Part shown: one piece after another, positions 1 through 12,471 of the stretch
Layout of the letters: every line of letters starts with the position of its first letter
Numbering within the stretch: the first letter of the stretch is position 1
DNA from: Lobosporangium transversale
Taxonomy: Eukaryota
Reading direction: 5' to 3'
Length of the DNA stretch: 64,000 nucleotides
Assembly: GCF_002105155.1 (NCBI RefSeq)
Contig: NW_019028993.1
Span: 310,001-374,000, forward strand
Made by a program: the position numbers and the translations under genes
The notes under the pieces: model-generated
The model's input: only the letters and a program-made list of their open reading frames with translations
Told to the model about the DNA's origin: nothing
The model's database searches: none

Positions 1-103
1 TACAGCGCCATAACACATTCATTCTTTTCAGAAGATCATATTTATACCATCATTTATACTACCCGAACAGAAAAAAAAAAAAAAAAAGAAAAAGAAAAAG
101 AAA

Positions 104-1069
104 ATGTTGCAATCAAGAGTCGCATTTATCGGCGGAGGCAACATGGCGGAAGCCATTCTTGGTGGCCTTCTTGCTTGTGGCTATCCTCTTTCTCAATGTG
201 TTGTCTCAGAACCCATGCAGGCTCGTTGTGAATTCCTTCAAAAGAAATATCCAGGTCTACAAGTCCTCTCCGGCCCACAAGCTAACCAATTGGCCGTTAG
301 TGGATCCAATTCTTCTCAGCGGATCACTACGATGATTACAGAAGGTGCTATTCATGTCAACCCGACGGCTTCTTCCATGGACTTTGCACCTGCAGAAGTC
401 GTCATCTTGGCTGTCAAACCTCAAGTACTTCAACCCGTTGTTTCAAGTTTAAGCCCAGCTTTACAAGCTCGTCAACCTCTTGTCATCTCGATCGCTGCAG
501 GGATCGAAACTCGTGCAATCGCTCAATTTATGACTGAAGGAACTCAGTATTTACCCAAGGACATGCCCCCTGTCATCCGTGTAATGCCCAATACCCCCTC
601 ACTCGTCAACGAAGGCGCTGCAGGGCTCTATGCTACATCGGATACTACCCAACAACAACGTGAAATCGCAGAGTCATTGATGGCTGCGGTTTCAAAACAA
701 GTATCTTGGGTCGAGAAAGAAAGCTTGATCGACACAGTCACAGGTGTGTCGGGATCAGGTCCAGCTTATTTCTTCCTGATGATGGAAGCTATGGAGGATG
801 CTGCTGTCAAGTTGGGAATGGACCGTGAGACAGCAAAGGCTTTGACTATTCAGACATGTTTGGGCGCAGCCAAAATGGCTCAATCAAGTTCAGATGATCT
901 TAAGACCCTTCGGGTCAAAGTCACATCCCCGCAAGGAACTACTGACGCCGCAATCAAGACCTTTGAGAAGGGTGGATTACGTGAGTTGGTTTATGAGAGT
1001 GTTAAGGCTGCAGATTCGAGGAGTAAGAGCTTGGCAACTGAGTTGGGCGGCAACAACGCAAAATTATAA
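104..1069 (+). CDS. PRO3: Pyrroline-5-carboxylate reductase (intronless, 321 aa)
   Basis: Rossmann motif FIGGGNMAEA, plus LAVKPQ, ISIAAG, RVMPNTP, TGVSGSGPAY and KVTSPQGTT, all P5CR/ProC signatures. Confidence 0.97.
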   Translation: MLQSRVAFIGGGNMAEAILGGLLACGYPLSQCVVSEPMQARCEFLQKKYPGLQVLSGPQANQLAVSGSNSSQRITTMITEGAIHVNPTASSMDFAPAEVVILAVKPQVLQPVVSSLSPALQARQPLVISIAAGIETRAIAQFMTEGTQYLPKDMPPVIRVMPNTPSLVNEGAAGLYATSDTTQQQREIAESLMAAVSKQVSWVEKESLIDTVTGVSGSGPAYFFLMMEAMEDAAVKLGMDRETAKALTIQTCLGAAKMAQSSSDDLKTLRVKVTSPQGTTDAAIKTFEKGGLRELVYESVKAADSRSKSLATELGGNNAKL

Positions 1070-1299
1070 AGCTATAATTTAATTTCCTTTTTTTTTTCTT
1101 ACAACCTTGTACACATACCTCACACTCGCACGCGCATAAAATGTGAACAAACAGTCTTCCTTCAAGCATATTTCTTTCATGTAATTATTTAATAAAGATT
1201 AGTCGTAGCAGCATCCAAGCTCTTGGCGCCATTGGCTTTTGTCCAAAAAAAAAAAAAAAAAAAAGTCTTCCCTAAACTACTCTTTTTTTTTTTACTACA

Positions 1300-1776
1300 T
1301 TACTTGAGAGAGCGGTACCAGTGTCCCTCGAGAGAGAGCATTTATGATACGGAATTGATGATGGTCCTCACTAACTGGCTACGCGATATAGAAGGATATG
1401 GGGTCATTGGCCAGTGACGCCTCCGTGAGCTCGAGGATCACAATTATAGTGACATTGTCATCAAGAAACTGGGAGAACCTACGGCTGTCATCGAGCTTTT
1501 GGCTATAGGAAGCCAAACTTCTATAAAAGACCATATCAGCAAGACGTCATCTTACAAATGCTTACTCTCACCAGAAGAAGCTTGGATTGTTCACTTTACT
1601 TGTGAAGATGACTATTTTGAACATCCATACTGGCAAACCGACGTGGAGCTGGACCAAGGGGTGATTTGGTGCATTTTTGGGACGACCAGGGTTTTAATAC
1701 AGTGCGGATATGCGCCCGCTGGAAGGGTAGAAGTGGCAACACTCAGGCAATTGGTAATGAGCTATTGACTGCCTGA
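1300..1776 (+). pseudogene. Disrupted C-terminal fragment of a Crinkler-associated / restriction-endonuclease-like protein
   Basis: ORFs 1223-1417 and 1499-1768 share a frame across TGA 1415-1417 (PSRESIYDTELMMVLTNWL...GQ*...YSDIVIKK...VIELLA...EAWIVHFTCEDDY). A frameshift near 1664 restores LVHFWDDQGFNTVRICARW to TGA at 1776. Family call is from recalled motifs. Confidence 0.6.
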
Positions 1777-2443
1777 CGGTTATTCTTTTTTTTTTTTTTT
1801 TTTTTTTACCCCAGTATTGAATGAAGCATCCAAAACGCCTCATTTGCCAATATTAGCTTTATAACTTTACTGACCTTTGTATATAGCGAGATTTATTTCG
1901 CATTGATGACATTGACATTGACGACAAACATTTTTACTGTTGTAAAACGATGTGTTGGTGTCCTCTCTCTCTCCACTATTATTTTTAGTATCCTAGTATT
2001 TTGAATCCTAAGAATTTGAATCTTATAACAACATGAAGTAAAGGATTCAAAAGCCCAAGCCACAATGAGGTGTACATGTACATGTACGTCGTGAAATTCA
2101 ATCACATTAGCAGTCCTTTTCAAAGTTGCTTTGCCAGAAGCTGACATTTAGAGGGCCTGTTCCGATCTGATAGAATTAACTTAATGCATTGGCATTCTTC
2201 TTTCTCTTGCTCTCTTTTCATTATAGAAGCATTGGTTAAATTTTAAAAAATGCATAAGGATGAGCTATTACTCTGAGGCAAACAGCGTGATTAAGTGAAT
2301 AAGTTCAACTTGCAACCAGCGGGTCAAACGCTAAAACCATATATAGCATGTTTGTCATTCTGTATATATGCTATACAAACAAGCAAGGCTTACAATAATA
2401 ATAATAATATAAAATAAAAAGGCGTCAATGGAATGCATTACCT

Positions 2444-2575
2444 ACCAAGCGATGATCATTGTACGAGAATCTGAATTGTTTCTCTAATAGGCTCCTCTAC
2501 AAACATCTTTGAAAGTAGAGTCGTTGGCGTCAGATTCTATGGCTGAGTAATGAGGGCTGACAGGTGACTTTCCAT
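2444..2575 (-). pseudogene. Possible decayed Crinkler (CRN) N-terminal domain fragment
   Basis: Minus strand reads WKVT..(shift)..NLTPTTLLSKMFVEEPIRETIQILVQ*, resembling the CRN N-domain end (LS.VF...P...TIHIIVQ), followed by a GT donor-like site. Confidence 0.35.
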
Positions 2576-2706
2576 CATCATTTATCACTCAAGAAATGGC
2601 GCCGAGATGTAAATGTCAGAGGGCAGGTTGATTCATATTAGCATCACTGAGCTCAACGACCCTTGATATTCAGACATATCAGCATATCAGTCTAATCTCA
2701 ACAGAG

Positions 2707-2751
<45 letters not shown>

Positions 2752-3951
2752 GGTTGCTTCCACTCATCGTGCTTTGCTGGAAAGAGAGAGTTACATTGGA
2801 TGAATGAACATTTCAAAAGGCAAAGACTTTGAACCGTTGGCTGCAAAATTAAAAGCGGTTTATTCATTGGAGCAATTTAATTCGCCCACAAGATTGTTTG
2901 CTTTGCTTTATTTTATTTTATTTTATTTTATTTTATTTTTTTTGGCAACGACTACCTAAATTTAGCAACCTAAAGGTTTCTTATGCATATCAAATTATAA
3001 ATATTTCTTTTCCAACGAACAACCTTCGGCAGAAAACAAATCTTTGTGATTGAATAGTGGAATCGAATTGATGTGAGCAATAATGGAGGAGCTTCATTAG
3101 GAATAACAAACAATAAATAGGAGAGTGATGGTCTCGATCTCAAAGTTGTAGTCGTTGTTGTTGTTATTGCTGCTTCTGCAAATCCTATTTTTGGGCCCTA
3201 GTGCCAGCGGGCTCTTGACCTTCACGATCGGATCATGTACATATTTATAGTCCTTTCTTTTTTTTTCTTTTTTTTTTTTTTTTCTCGTCTATGCCTCCTC
3301 AAGAAACGCGTTGACTATGTGTCTCACGCTCATGCTGTTACTAAATCTAGCAATCTAGCGCCCTCCTTTATAAAACTTGCTTAAGTCACTCACATTGTTA
3401 TTACGCTTCTCCCCCATGGTATGTTGTGCCGGAGAGTTTTTGTCCTTTACTCCTTTTTTTTTTTTCTTTTTTTTTTCCTATTTCCTGTTTGCTTTATTAC
3501 TCCTATCCTTACACCAATTGTTCTTTCATTTTGTCCAATTGGTACTCTTGAAACAGCTCCTTTGGCTCCTTGTTCCAATTGTTCTTGTTTTGACCGTTCA
3601 TGCTTCAACTGTGGCTGTTTGCTGTTTTCTGTTTTGGTCGCTCCAGATGCCAAGAACTATCTCCGCATTCTTCTCGCACCAACATACGTTCTTTAGCTTA
3701 AGAACCACCTGCAATTAGCACCAAAAACAAAGGGAAAATCCTGTGATGCCCTGACGGACGGATCTCATATTTATGGCCCCAATCCTCTTTTATTTTTACT
3801 TTCTTTTATCACCTCCGCCTGTAAAAGGAAAAAAAAGGAGGAGGAACTTCTTTCAAGTTCGGAATGATCATCCTTACCATTATTGTACCCGTAGATCAAA
3901 AAAAAAATCTAAAGGACGAACATGTACATTTTTCTCATTTGCTATCCTTAT

Positions 3952-3984
<33 letters not shown>

Positions 3985-4503
3985 TTTTTACCTTGATTGT
4001 CATTAATCCTGCCATCTAGTGAAGAGATGACATATTATACATATTTATAACTTTTTTTTTTCTTTTTCTTTTTGTGTTCCGGACCGGGCTGTGCCTGTTT
4101 TCTTTGTTGAGATAAGCAGTCCTTCACATTTTTTTTTTTTTTTTTTTTTTTTTTTGATTTTATTCAGACAACACGGACTTTTAAAGGAGAGAGAGAGAGA
4201 GAGCATGTCTGGACACAAACACAGACGCGTGGTTGCAGACGTTTGTTTACCTTTTGTGAAAGGTTGGATCAAAAGTAAAAAGGTAAATAGTAAAAACTCT
4301 TTCTATTTATAATAGGCGGGGGGGGATGCAAGAGTAGGGGTGAAGAATAGGGGAAAGAAGTCTTTTTGCAAAAACAAAAAAAAAGTTCAATTTCCTTGTG
4401 TACTTCGTGTACATGTGCATGCATGTTTATACACTTTACCCGACAACGTGCTAAAAAAGCGGGAACTTTTGTTTTTTTTTATTTTTTTATTTTTTTGTTG
4501 TGT

Positions 4504-4556
4504 TGAGTATAGTGAGTATCGTGTGTATGAGTATCGTGAGTGTCGTGAGTATTATG
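4504..4556. repeat. Degenerate 9-bp minisatellite (TGAGTATCG-like)
   Basis: tgagtatag tgagtatcg tgtgta tgagtatcg tgagtgtcg tgagtatta tg. Confidence 0.6.
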
Positions 4557-6858
4557 GAAGTATACTTTGTAATCGAGCATATGAATCGTAGACATGTATA
4601 TTGAGTCCTCAGAAAGTCATGAACAAATATATTTTTAAAGTATTCAATTTGAATTAATATTTGCAAAAACATAATTTTACGTACGAAGCTTGAAAAGCAC
4701 ATATTTTTTTGAATTAGATACAATAGAAAAAAAAAAAAAATTCTCAAAATTCTTGATGTCCAAAAATGGAAGTATTCTATTCAATATAAAAACGTGACAA
4801 ATATATTTGTTCATGACTTTCTGGCGAGGACTCTATTATACTACGAACCGAAAGTAAAAGTGTTCGGACGATTACCATATAGTAATAAGCTAACGAGGCC
4901 ATACATCTCACCCAAAAACTCATAGATCGGTCAGCTCGCTTTCTCCCTGTTCTACATTCCATTAAAAAAAAATAAAAAAAAAAAAACTTAGTCTCGTCTA
5001 TGAATGCATGATTAGACTACTATGCAGACTAACACAATGGTTTCTAAAAAATATCGCGAAACACATCACTGTATTGATATGAATGTATACTGATGGCTGG
5101 ACGGTTTGTGCCAAATCTGTAGAAAGGGTCCAACTTTTGAGATGCATGATGAGGCTGACTCCATAACAGTCTTGGTCCCTTAGTTGGGTCTCTATTTCCT
5201 TTTGTCTCTCCCTCTCCCTCTTTTTTTTTTTTTTTTTTTTTTTTCCGAACCCGATTGGAATGATAATGACAGTCGGCATGGAGGTAGGGATTAGCTTCTT
5301 ATGAAGAAAGATAGACAGTATGGTATACGGTGGTGTATGGTGTACAGTACAGCTGCAACTTCTGAGCCTCATCAGTTAAAGAAGAGGGAAAAGGATTGGT
5401 GATTGGGGAATTGGAAATTGGGATTGGAGACTGAGGAGTTATTAATGAAGAACTCTGCAATAGCTGCAATCCAAAAGTATTTGGAATAATAAGGCACTAT
5501 TAGACCAGTTACACGAATGGGACGGCACCTCGGCATAGAAAAAAAAAAAAAAAAAAAAAAAAAAGAGAGCCGTCGCCATGCCTTGCATTGACAACATTGA
5601 CTAGGACAATAGGAAAAGTTTTCATTTCTTGCAGCGTGTACATGTACATTGTAATTTTCTTTATTTTTTTGTACCTCGCCCGCAGGAGATTGCGACCATG
5701 ATAAAGAAAGATCGTTGTAATTGCTCTCATTGATGTTGCTGCTCTTTTTTTTTTTTTTTATCTTCAATCAAAAAGTAATTTAGGATGAAGGTATATGAGC
5801 TTTTCTGTGTCCTCTGTCATACCGTTCAATGACTAGCTTTCCATGTAAAAAAGGCGTATATGTTAATCAATGAACAATTCTGTGTTACAAGGCCCACTAT
5901 GATGCGGTAAGAGTGATTTAGCAGAAATGATGAATGACATTTTGATTAGCATGGTTCTTTATCTTTGATGTAAAAGATATGTCTGAGACCCATGTTTCTT
6001 CTGTTCTTTAGGCTATACATTTGTTTGGCATGTATATTGGAATATAAACATTTGAAAGTAAAAGTAAAAAAAAAAAATAGTGAGCGAGGAGAGGCTTGTA
6101 GGGTCTGTTCGTCTTCCATGGAGCCTGGATGCAGCCTTTCCCCCCCTCTTTCTTTCTCTCTCCATCTTTTAACTGGGCTTTGAAGGAGGGGGGGGGAGAA
6201 TTTCTTTTTTTATTTAACTGGACTTATAGAAGAGGCACAGCAACTCAACGGAAGTTAGGGCACAGTTTATTTTGTCTTTTAGGAGGGATGTGGAGATATG
6301 GCATAGGCTTTGCTATAAAGGATTGAGATATGGGGTCAAGACGGGCTACATGGGTGGAGAACGAGATGGAGACAGCTGTATTGTGAAGAGGAATGGGTGA
6401 TAGCTGTTTTTTTAAAATGGGATAGCATAGGAATGGAGGACGAGGACGAGGTTCAGGGTCAACTTTATTCGTATTTTTGTATGTATATTTTTTCTTTATT
6501 TTATTTTATTTTATTCTATTGTAAAAAAGGGTGCAGTACACAATACAAAATAAAATACATTAAAATAAAACCTGGCCTCAAATATAAATACACTCCAGTC
6601 GAAGGGCACCCTCTTTTCTTTTTTTTTTTTTTTTTTTTTTTTTATGTGTATGTGTTTCTGTCTGTGTCTTCCTTCTATTCATTCTTTTTCTCAGGAACAC
6701 CTTCCTTCACCCTTACTCTCTCTTACTCTTTCTCGACTCCTTCTTGTCTAAACGGCTCAGTAACTCCTTCGTCCCCATCCACATCCATTGACTCATTCAA
6801 AACACACTTTCCACCCTCTTTATTTTGCATATCCCTCATTTTGGCATCTTTTTGAAAA

Positions 6859-8577
6859 ATGGCTTCTACACTCGTCTACACCCCTACAGCTGCTGTCACA
6901 ACCACAGCTGCCTCCCCTTCCTTCATCTATGATTTTACACCTGAATCTACTTCTACCACGACTAATATACAATCTAACATTGTCAATAAATCAAATCGAC
7001 ACTCCGTTCCAAGTTCAAACATTCTCTGGGAGCAGCATCATCAACAACAACAACAGCAACAGCAACAGCAATTGATGCAGAAACAGCAACGTTTCCAGGA
7101 GAAGCCTTCACAACAGCCATCTCCCCCTCCTGGCCGTGCAGGAGGTCCTCGCTTGAGCCTTGACACCTCTCAGGAACGCCTTCAAAAATTCACAGTCATC
7201 AAGCATGGTGATCAGACATGTCTGAAATTGTTCTCTCCCAACCTAGTCGAGTCCCCTGTTAGCTTCTTGAGTGAGAAACAACTCTTAGAAGACAAGAAGC
7301 TTTGGGAGAACGGACCCGACGAGGCCTTCCAGAGAAAGCTCGAGATGGAGAGACGTGAAGCTTATCAAGGTAGGAAAAAAAACCCAACAAATGTTCCACC
7401 GAACAATGAAACACAATTGCTTTTGATAGTGATCAGAGAAACAACCATAGTACACATCAGAGTCAAATCCAATTAGGGAGGACTCAAAGGATTTACTCAG
7501 AGTTCCGTTCTCTTGAGTTCACGAATTGAACGCCGGAGTACATATTTTTTTATTTGTGGATGGGAGACCCTAGCTTTTCACTCAAATCAAAGCCCCGAAA
7601 AAAAAAAAAAATTCATTGCCACTCTTGAAGCGGCACTGCAATTTTTATTTTTTTGGCTGTTCGTAAATCCGATGTCTGTGTGTGTGTGTTTTTTTTTTTT
7701 TCATGCCCAAAAAATCGGGCTCTGTCCGGGCTGTGGGCAGTGTAAATCGATCCCCTTGTCTTCGCCTTTGCCCATCTTTGCCACATTCGTCGAGTGTATG
7801 ATCACTTGTTTATGTCCATGCTTAACAAGCCATGCAGACTCATGCCTCATTACATTACATGTGCGGAGTCTAGAAAAAAAGAGAAGGGTCTAGGTTTTTC
7901 TCTCTAGACCATTACCAGCACTTGTCATTATCATTTTATTTTATTTTATCAAACGATCTTATCTGTCTACAACCTATTTGTCTTATATGCTATGGTAAGA
8001 CGGAATAACCATTATTTGATGGCGCTGAGCTACAAGTAGTCTTGGGATCTAAAAAAGAAAAAAGGGCAAATGTTTTGCATTGTAAAAAGCACGCCACTTG
8101 GCTGTGTGGGAATGTGTGTATAAAAAAAAATGCGACAGTTGAAAACGCGACGTGTGAGTCTACAAAAAAAAAAAAAAAAAAAAAAATTGTGATCTATTTT
8201 TGTCTTCCTAGGCGCCATGTTGTTGTCGTGATTGTCTGGCTTTTGCATACATGTTTGTTGTGATTTTTTTTTTTTTTAAACATCCGTCAGTGCCAGTGTG
8301 TTTAAACATGTTTATTCGATTGGGAGATAGCCCTATGACATCAGTGACTTCTGTTCCTATCTAATCTATAATCTCTTGGTGCGGATTGTCGGTTACCTGG
8401 ACTCACCTTTATTTTTATGTATTATATCATTCTTTAATAATAAAATATCTTTAGTGCGTTCCAAGCAACAGCTCCGCGGTTTTGTTCTAGGCATCTGGGT
8501 TGGATGTCTCGTCAGCCTTTTGATTGTGCAACAAACTGCCGCAAAGGTCTACATCCCAAGTCATCTGGCCAGGTAAG

Positions 8578-8608
<31 letters not shown>

Positions 8609-8671
8609 AAACCTTGCATTTCATCGGAGAAGAGTAACAATGCAACATCAAAGTTCGTTGCGTAATGTCAT

Positions 8672-8707
<36 letters not shown>

Positions 8708-9299
8708 GAGAATATTCCATCCAACCTCGATCAGTCGCTCAAAAGCAACCCCCGTCTACCACTCTATGATTATGCCTCAATTGCTCTGCGCCAAAGGGCA
8801 GTGTTGAGCATGCATATCCATTCAGATAACGGGGGACACCTTAGCGAATCAGATGAATAGGATCGGCAGCATGTCATCGCTTCTCTCATACCCGAAGGAC
8901 AGGGGATGAAGGTGACCGTGCACCATCTGCATTAAGCACAACCAATCAATATCACTGGCGGACTGAATCCCATTACCTCACATATGCATGCATGGATTAT
9001 TGGTTGAGTTTGATCCCCATCATCACACAATGAGCCCTGATCCATATCAAGCTAACTCTCTTTCTTTTATCTTCTATATTAATAGACGTGACACTTCCCC
9101 TCTCTTGTTCCTCATGGTACTTTTGAGTTGTGTAGCAGCAGTACGCTCTGGAGCGCGTTGTATACTCTCTGCCCTTGCAACCTGTACTGCAGTTCTGACG
9201 TGCTTCGCCACCATGATTGCCAATCATAGCCGCTACTCGGTCGAGTTTAACGTATACAAGTCTATTCAAGCTGAATCCGCATCCAAAGCCATTATATAA
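6859..9299 (+). CDS. Hypothetical 280-aa membrane protein; S/T/Q-rich N-terminus, about 3 C-terminal hydrophobic helices; exons 6859-7369, 8455-8572, 9086-9299
   Basis: GT/AG introns join three ORF pieces in phase (843 nt = 281 codons). Hydrophobic segments GFVLGIWVGCLVSLLIV, LLFLMVLLSCVAAV, CILSALATCTAVLTCFATMI. Confidence 0.7.
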
Positions 9300-11120
9300 A
9301 ACTATTCGCTTTATCTCACTCACACACATACACATACACGCTCAAAGACACACACACACATACTTCACATACTTATTCTTTGCATACTATTCAGCCCTTC
9401 ATCTCTCCTATCTACTCCTAACCTATAAACTTCATTTCATTTTCATGTATATACTTGATTTTTTTTTTTTTTTTTTTCCCTATACATTTGCGGCCTTTTA
9501 AGCTAGCTTCGGTTTCACTTCCACCCAAATATGTACTATAGTAACCTTCTCTACCCCTACTACAACCATGATAGTTGTAGTAATTGTAATTAAAAGAAAA
9601 TCAAAAACAATGAGAAAGTCAGGCTATTTTATATATTTGTATGCTGAAATTATGATATTAATTTCGCTGTTGTTGTTGCTGTTGTTGTTGTGGTTAACAT
9701 TGTTGTATATATCGTATAAATTAAAGTCAAAGGAATGTCGCACGAAGACCTAGACCATTAAAGTCATGAAAAGAGGAAAGATCATTGACGCTAAAGATAA
9801 TTCGTAACAGAAGATAGCAACAGAAAAGAAATTTCCACAGTTTGGATCGCTTCAAGTCTAAATCGTTTTACAGAACCATACTAGGACAGAAAGAGATAGA
9901 TACACGCAGAGACAGAGAGAGAAAGAGAGAGAGAGATGGTTCTCTACAAAGATTGAGAGGAAGAGCCGACAAGGATATGGAGAATGGCGTCTTTATGACG
10001 ATTCCTCCTTTCCACGGCAAAACTTACTGGTAATTGATCCGTGTCATATTAATTCGGAATAAGGTAAGGAGATGGATGGGGATGGAGAGATTTCTCTATG
10101 AATGTAACCATATGGTAGACTATTAAAAAGTTTATTTTTTCTCGCATGGTAAGTTTATTCAGACGGATGAACCTCATGCATTGAGTCATAACCATCCTCG
10201 TCCGCAGTCAAAAAATTCGGGGCCCTGAAAGCATGTTTTCCTTATTTTTGCTGTGCGACATCATTAACCACAATCATTAAAGGTTAAAATCATATCCTCT
10301 CACCATGTGGTCAGGTGCTGCTTACCTCGTGGCACCTACAACCCAAATTTGTTTCACGACAAAGACAGAAGAGGAACTACAGCCCAACTTTTCTGCACAC
10401 TTGACTGAAAGAGTGACTGCTCCAAAAGTCGACAACCTTAAATTATAGTTTCTCTAAAGTGCCCGAGCCTCAAAAGCATTAGCCACGCCGTTTCTCTCCC
10501 GAACAAAGTGGGGGGAAACTTCTTCTCTTGTGCATCCCTGATTATGTGTGTGTGTAGCGTTGAACAATGTCAATTAGCATTTTTTATAATTAAAATATTT
10601 AAACCTAATGGCGAGAACGTTCTTTCTGAAAATGCCTCCTCTCTATCTTTTTCTAAAATGCCTCATCAATACATGTCAATAACTGATAGGCAAGTTCATT
10701 ATCTATAATTATTATTTCCGTTCTTATTAGTTTTCAATTCCCTCCGGTGTCTTGTGTTGGCGCTGTGCACGTAAAGAGGGGAAAATTATCGAGCGAATTG
10801 GGAGGATAGAGAAAATAAGGAGAATAGGACGTGCACGAAGGAGTTCCAGCGTTTGTGGCTAAACTGAATGAAGCAACTCTAAATAAAAGCAAACAGTATA
10901 TATGATAGTATATAAGAATATATATTTTATATGACAGATATAATATATAAATATATGCTCTCAAAAGAGGTCTTGTGTTCATAGAAGGGACAAAAAGTTC
11001 CCATTTTTCTATTTGGTAACTTCCACTCTTCTTTTTTTGTCGACCCTTTTTATCCATGCGCCGTTTAGCCAGTATTTAGGAAAAAAAAGACAATGGCTTG
11101 GTAGCCCTTATCGTGATATC

Positions 11121-11160
<40 letters not shown>

Positions 11161-12471
11161 GCTTGTCTACTCTTCTGCGTTGACTTTCTGTCACACATTC
11201 TTTTTTTCCCCTTTTTCTCCGGAAGAATTCATAATTGAACATTCTATCAGATCAAACTCTGGAGAAAAAAAAGAAGAAAAGAAAAAAAGAAAACTACCGG
11301 GGCTGTGACATGTATATGCTTAAACTGGTTATTGCTACATTCTTAGTTTTCCATGGATCGTCAAATGCTGGTAAACTTTGTTATGAAATCCCTCAAAGTT
11401 TTTTTTTTTTTTTTTTTACTCTTTGACTTTAAAATTAATTGCCTTGATTCACGAGGTCTCCCTCGTTTTGTAGAATTGGTCGAGTCTATATTTTCCACGC
11501 TTGCATTGGCGGCGCATATGCGCGATATGAGTGAGTGAGTCTCAAAATGATAGGAAAAGGTGCAACAACATAGAATTATCTTCCATGAACAAAGTGTTTG
11601 TGCCGAAATGCCCCAAGGCTTTTTTTCTTTTTATTCACATGAAACAAAGTCGCTTTTTAGAAGTGATCATCCAGCTACTTTGCGACTAAAAAAAAAAAAA
11701 AAACCTCCCACGATTACTACCCTACTGTCAGGAATCAAATAAATGTGTTTTTTTTTTTTAAAAAAATAAAATAAAATAAAATAAAATAGGATGTTAGTGC
11801 TCGTTCGAGAGAAAGAGAGAGGAGGGGAACATAGTGGTGCCGTTGCTCTCGGGGATGAGGCTAAATAAGGAAGGGGCCTTGCGGAACCGTCGTCTTCGTA
11901 TTCACCCGAGAAGTCTAAAATATGATACTACGTAAGGGACGAGCATTGTTCTGTTAAGGACAATAAATTGAGTTTGTTACCTAACACAGCGTGCCAGACT
12001 TCTCAAACATTGGCAAGAAGGGCTGAGCGATCATCACCTGTTAACTTAAGCTCCTTGTTAACCTAAAATGCGCAGCCCCCCTCTCTGAACTCGCAAAGAC
12101 ATAAATAACGAGCTCCTTTTCATAACCTTTTTTTTTTTTTTTTTTTTGTAATTGCTTGCTCTCCATTCATCATTCCATTCACATTCACATCCCCATTTCC
12201 TTTTCTGCAAAAGAATAGTTAACAAGGGCGTTTTTTCTGTCCTTCTACTTCAACTTTTAATCCCAACCTCTCCACTCCACTCGCAAATCGCGACTTTTTA
12301 ATTATTATCATACACACGCATTTATATACCAAAACACAGGCCAAGCTTTTTTTTTGACATTCTGATAATATCTTTTGTCATCACCTGTCGTTATTTATCA
12401 TATCAATCCAATTCAACAAAACAAATAAACTATCCAGGAACTGAGGGGAAAGAGAGATCGAATAAATAAGA

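Noticed and set aside
296..395. Possible intron explaining the ~30-aa insertion in PRO3
   Set aside because: The GT..AG span is 100 nt and would frameshift; treated as a coding insertion.
3377..3718. Cys-rich and hydrophobic short ORFs
   Set aside because: They cross a poly-T tract and lack a recognisable motif or consistent splice model.
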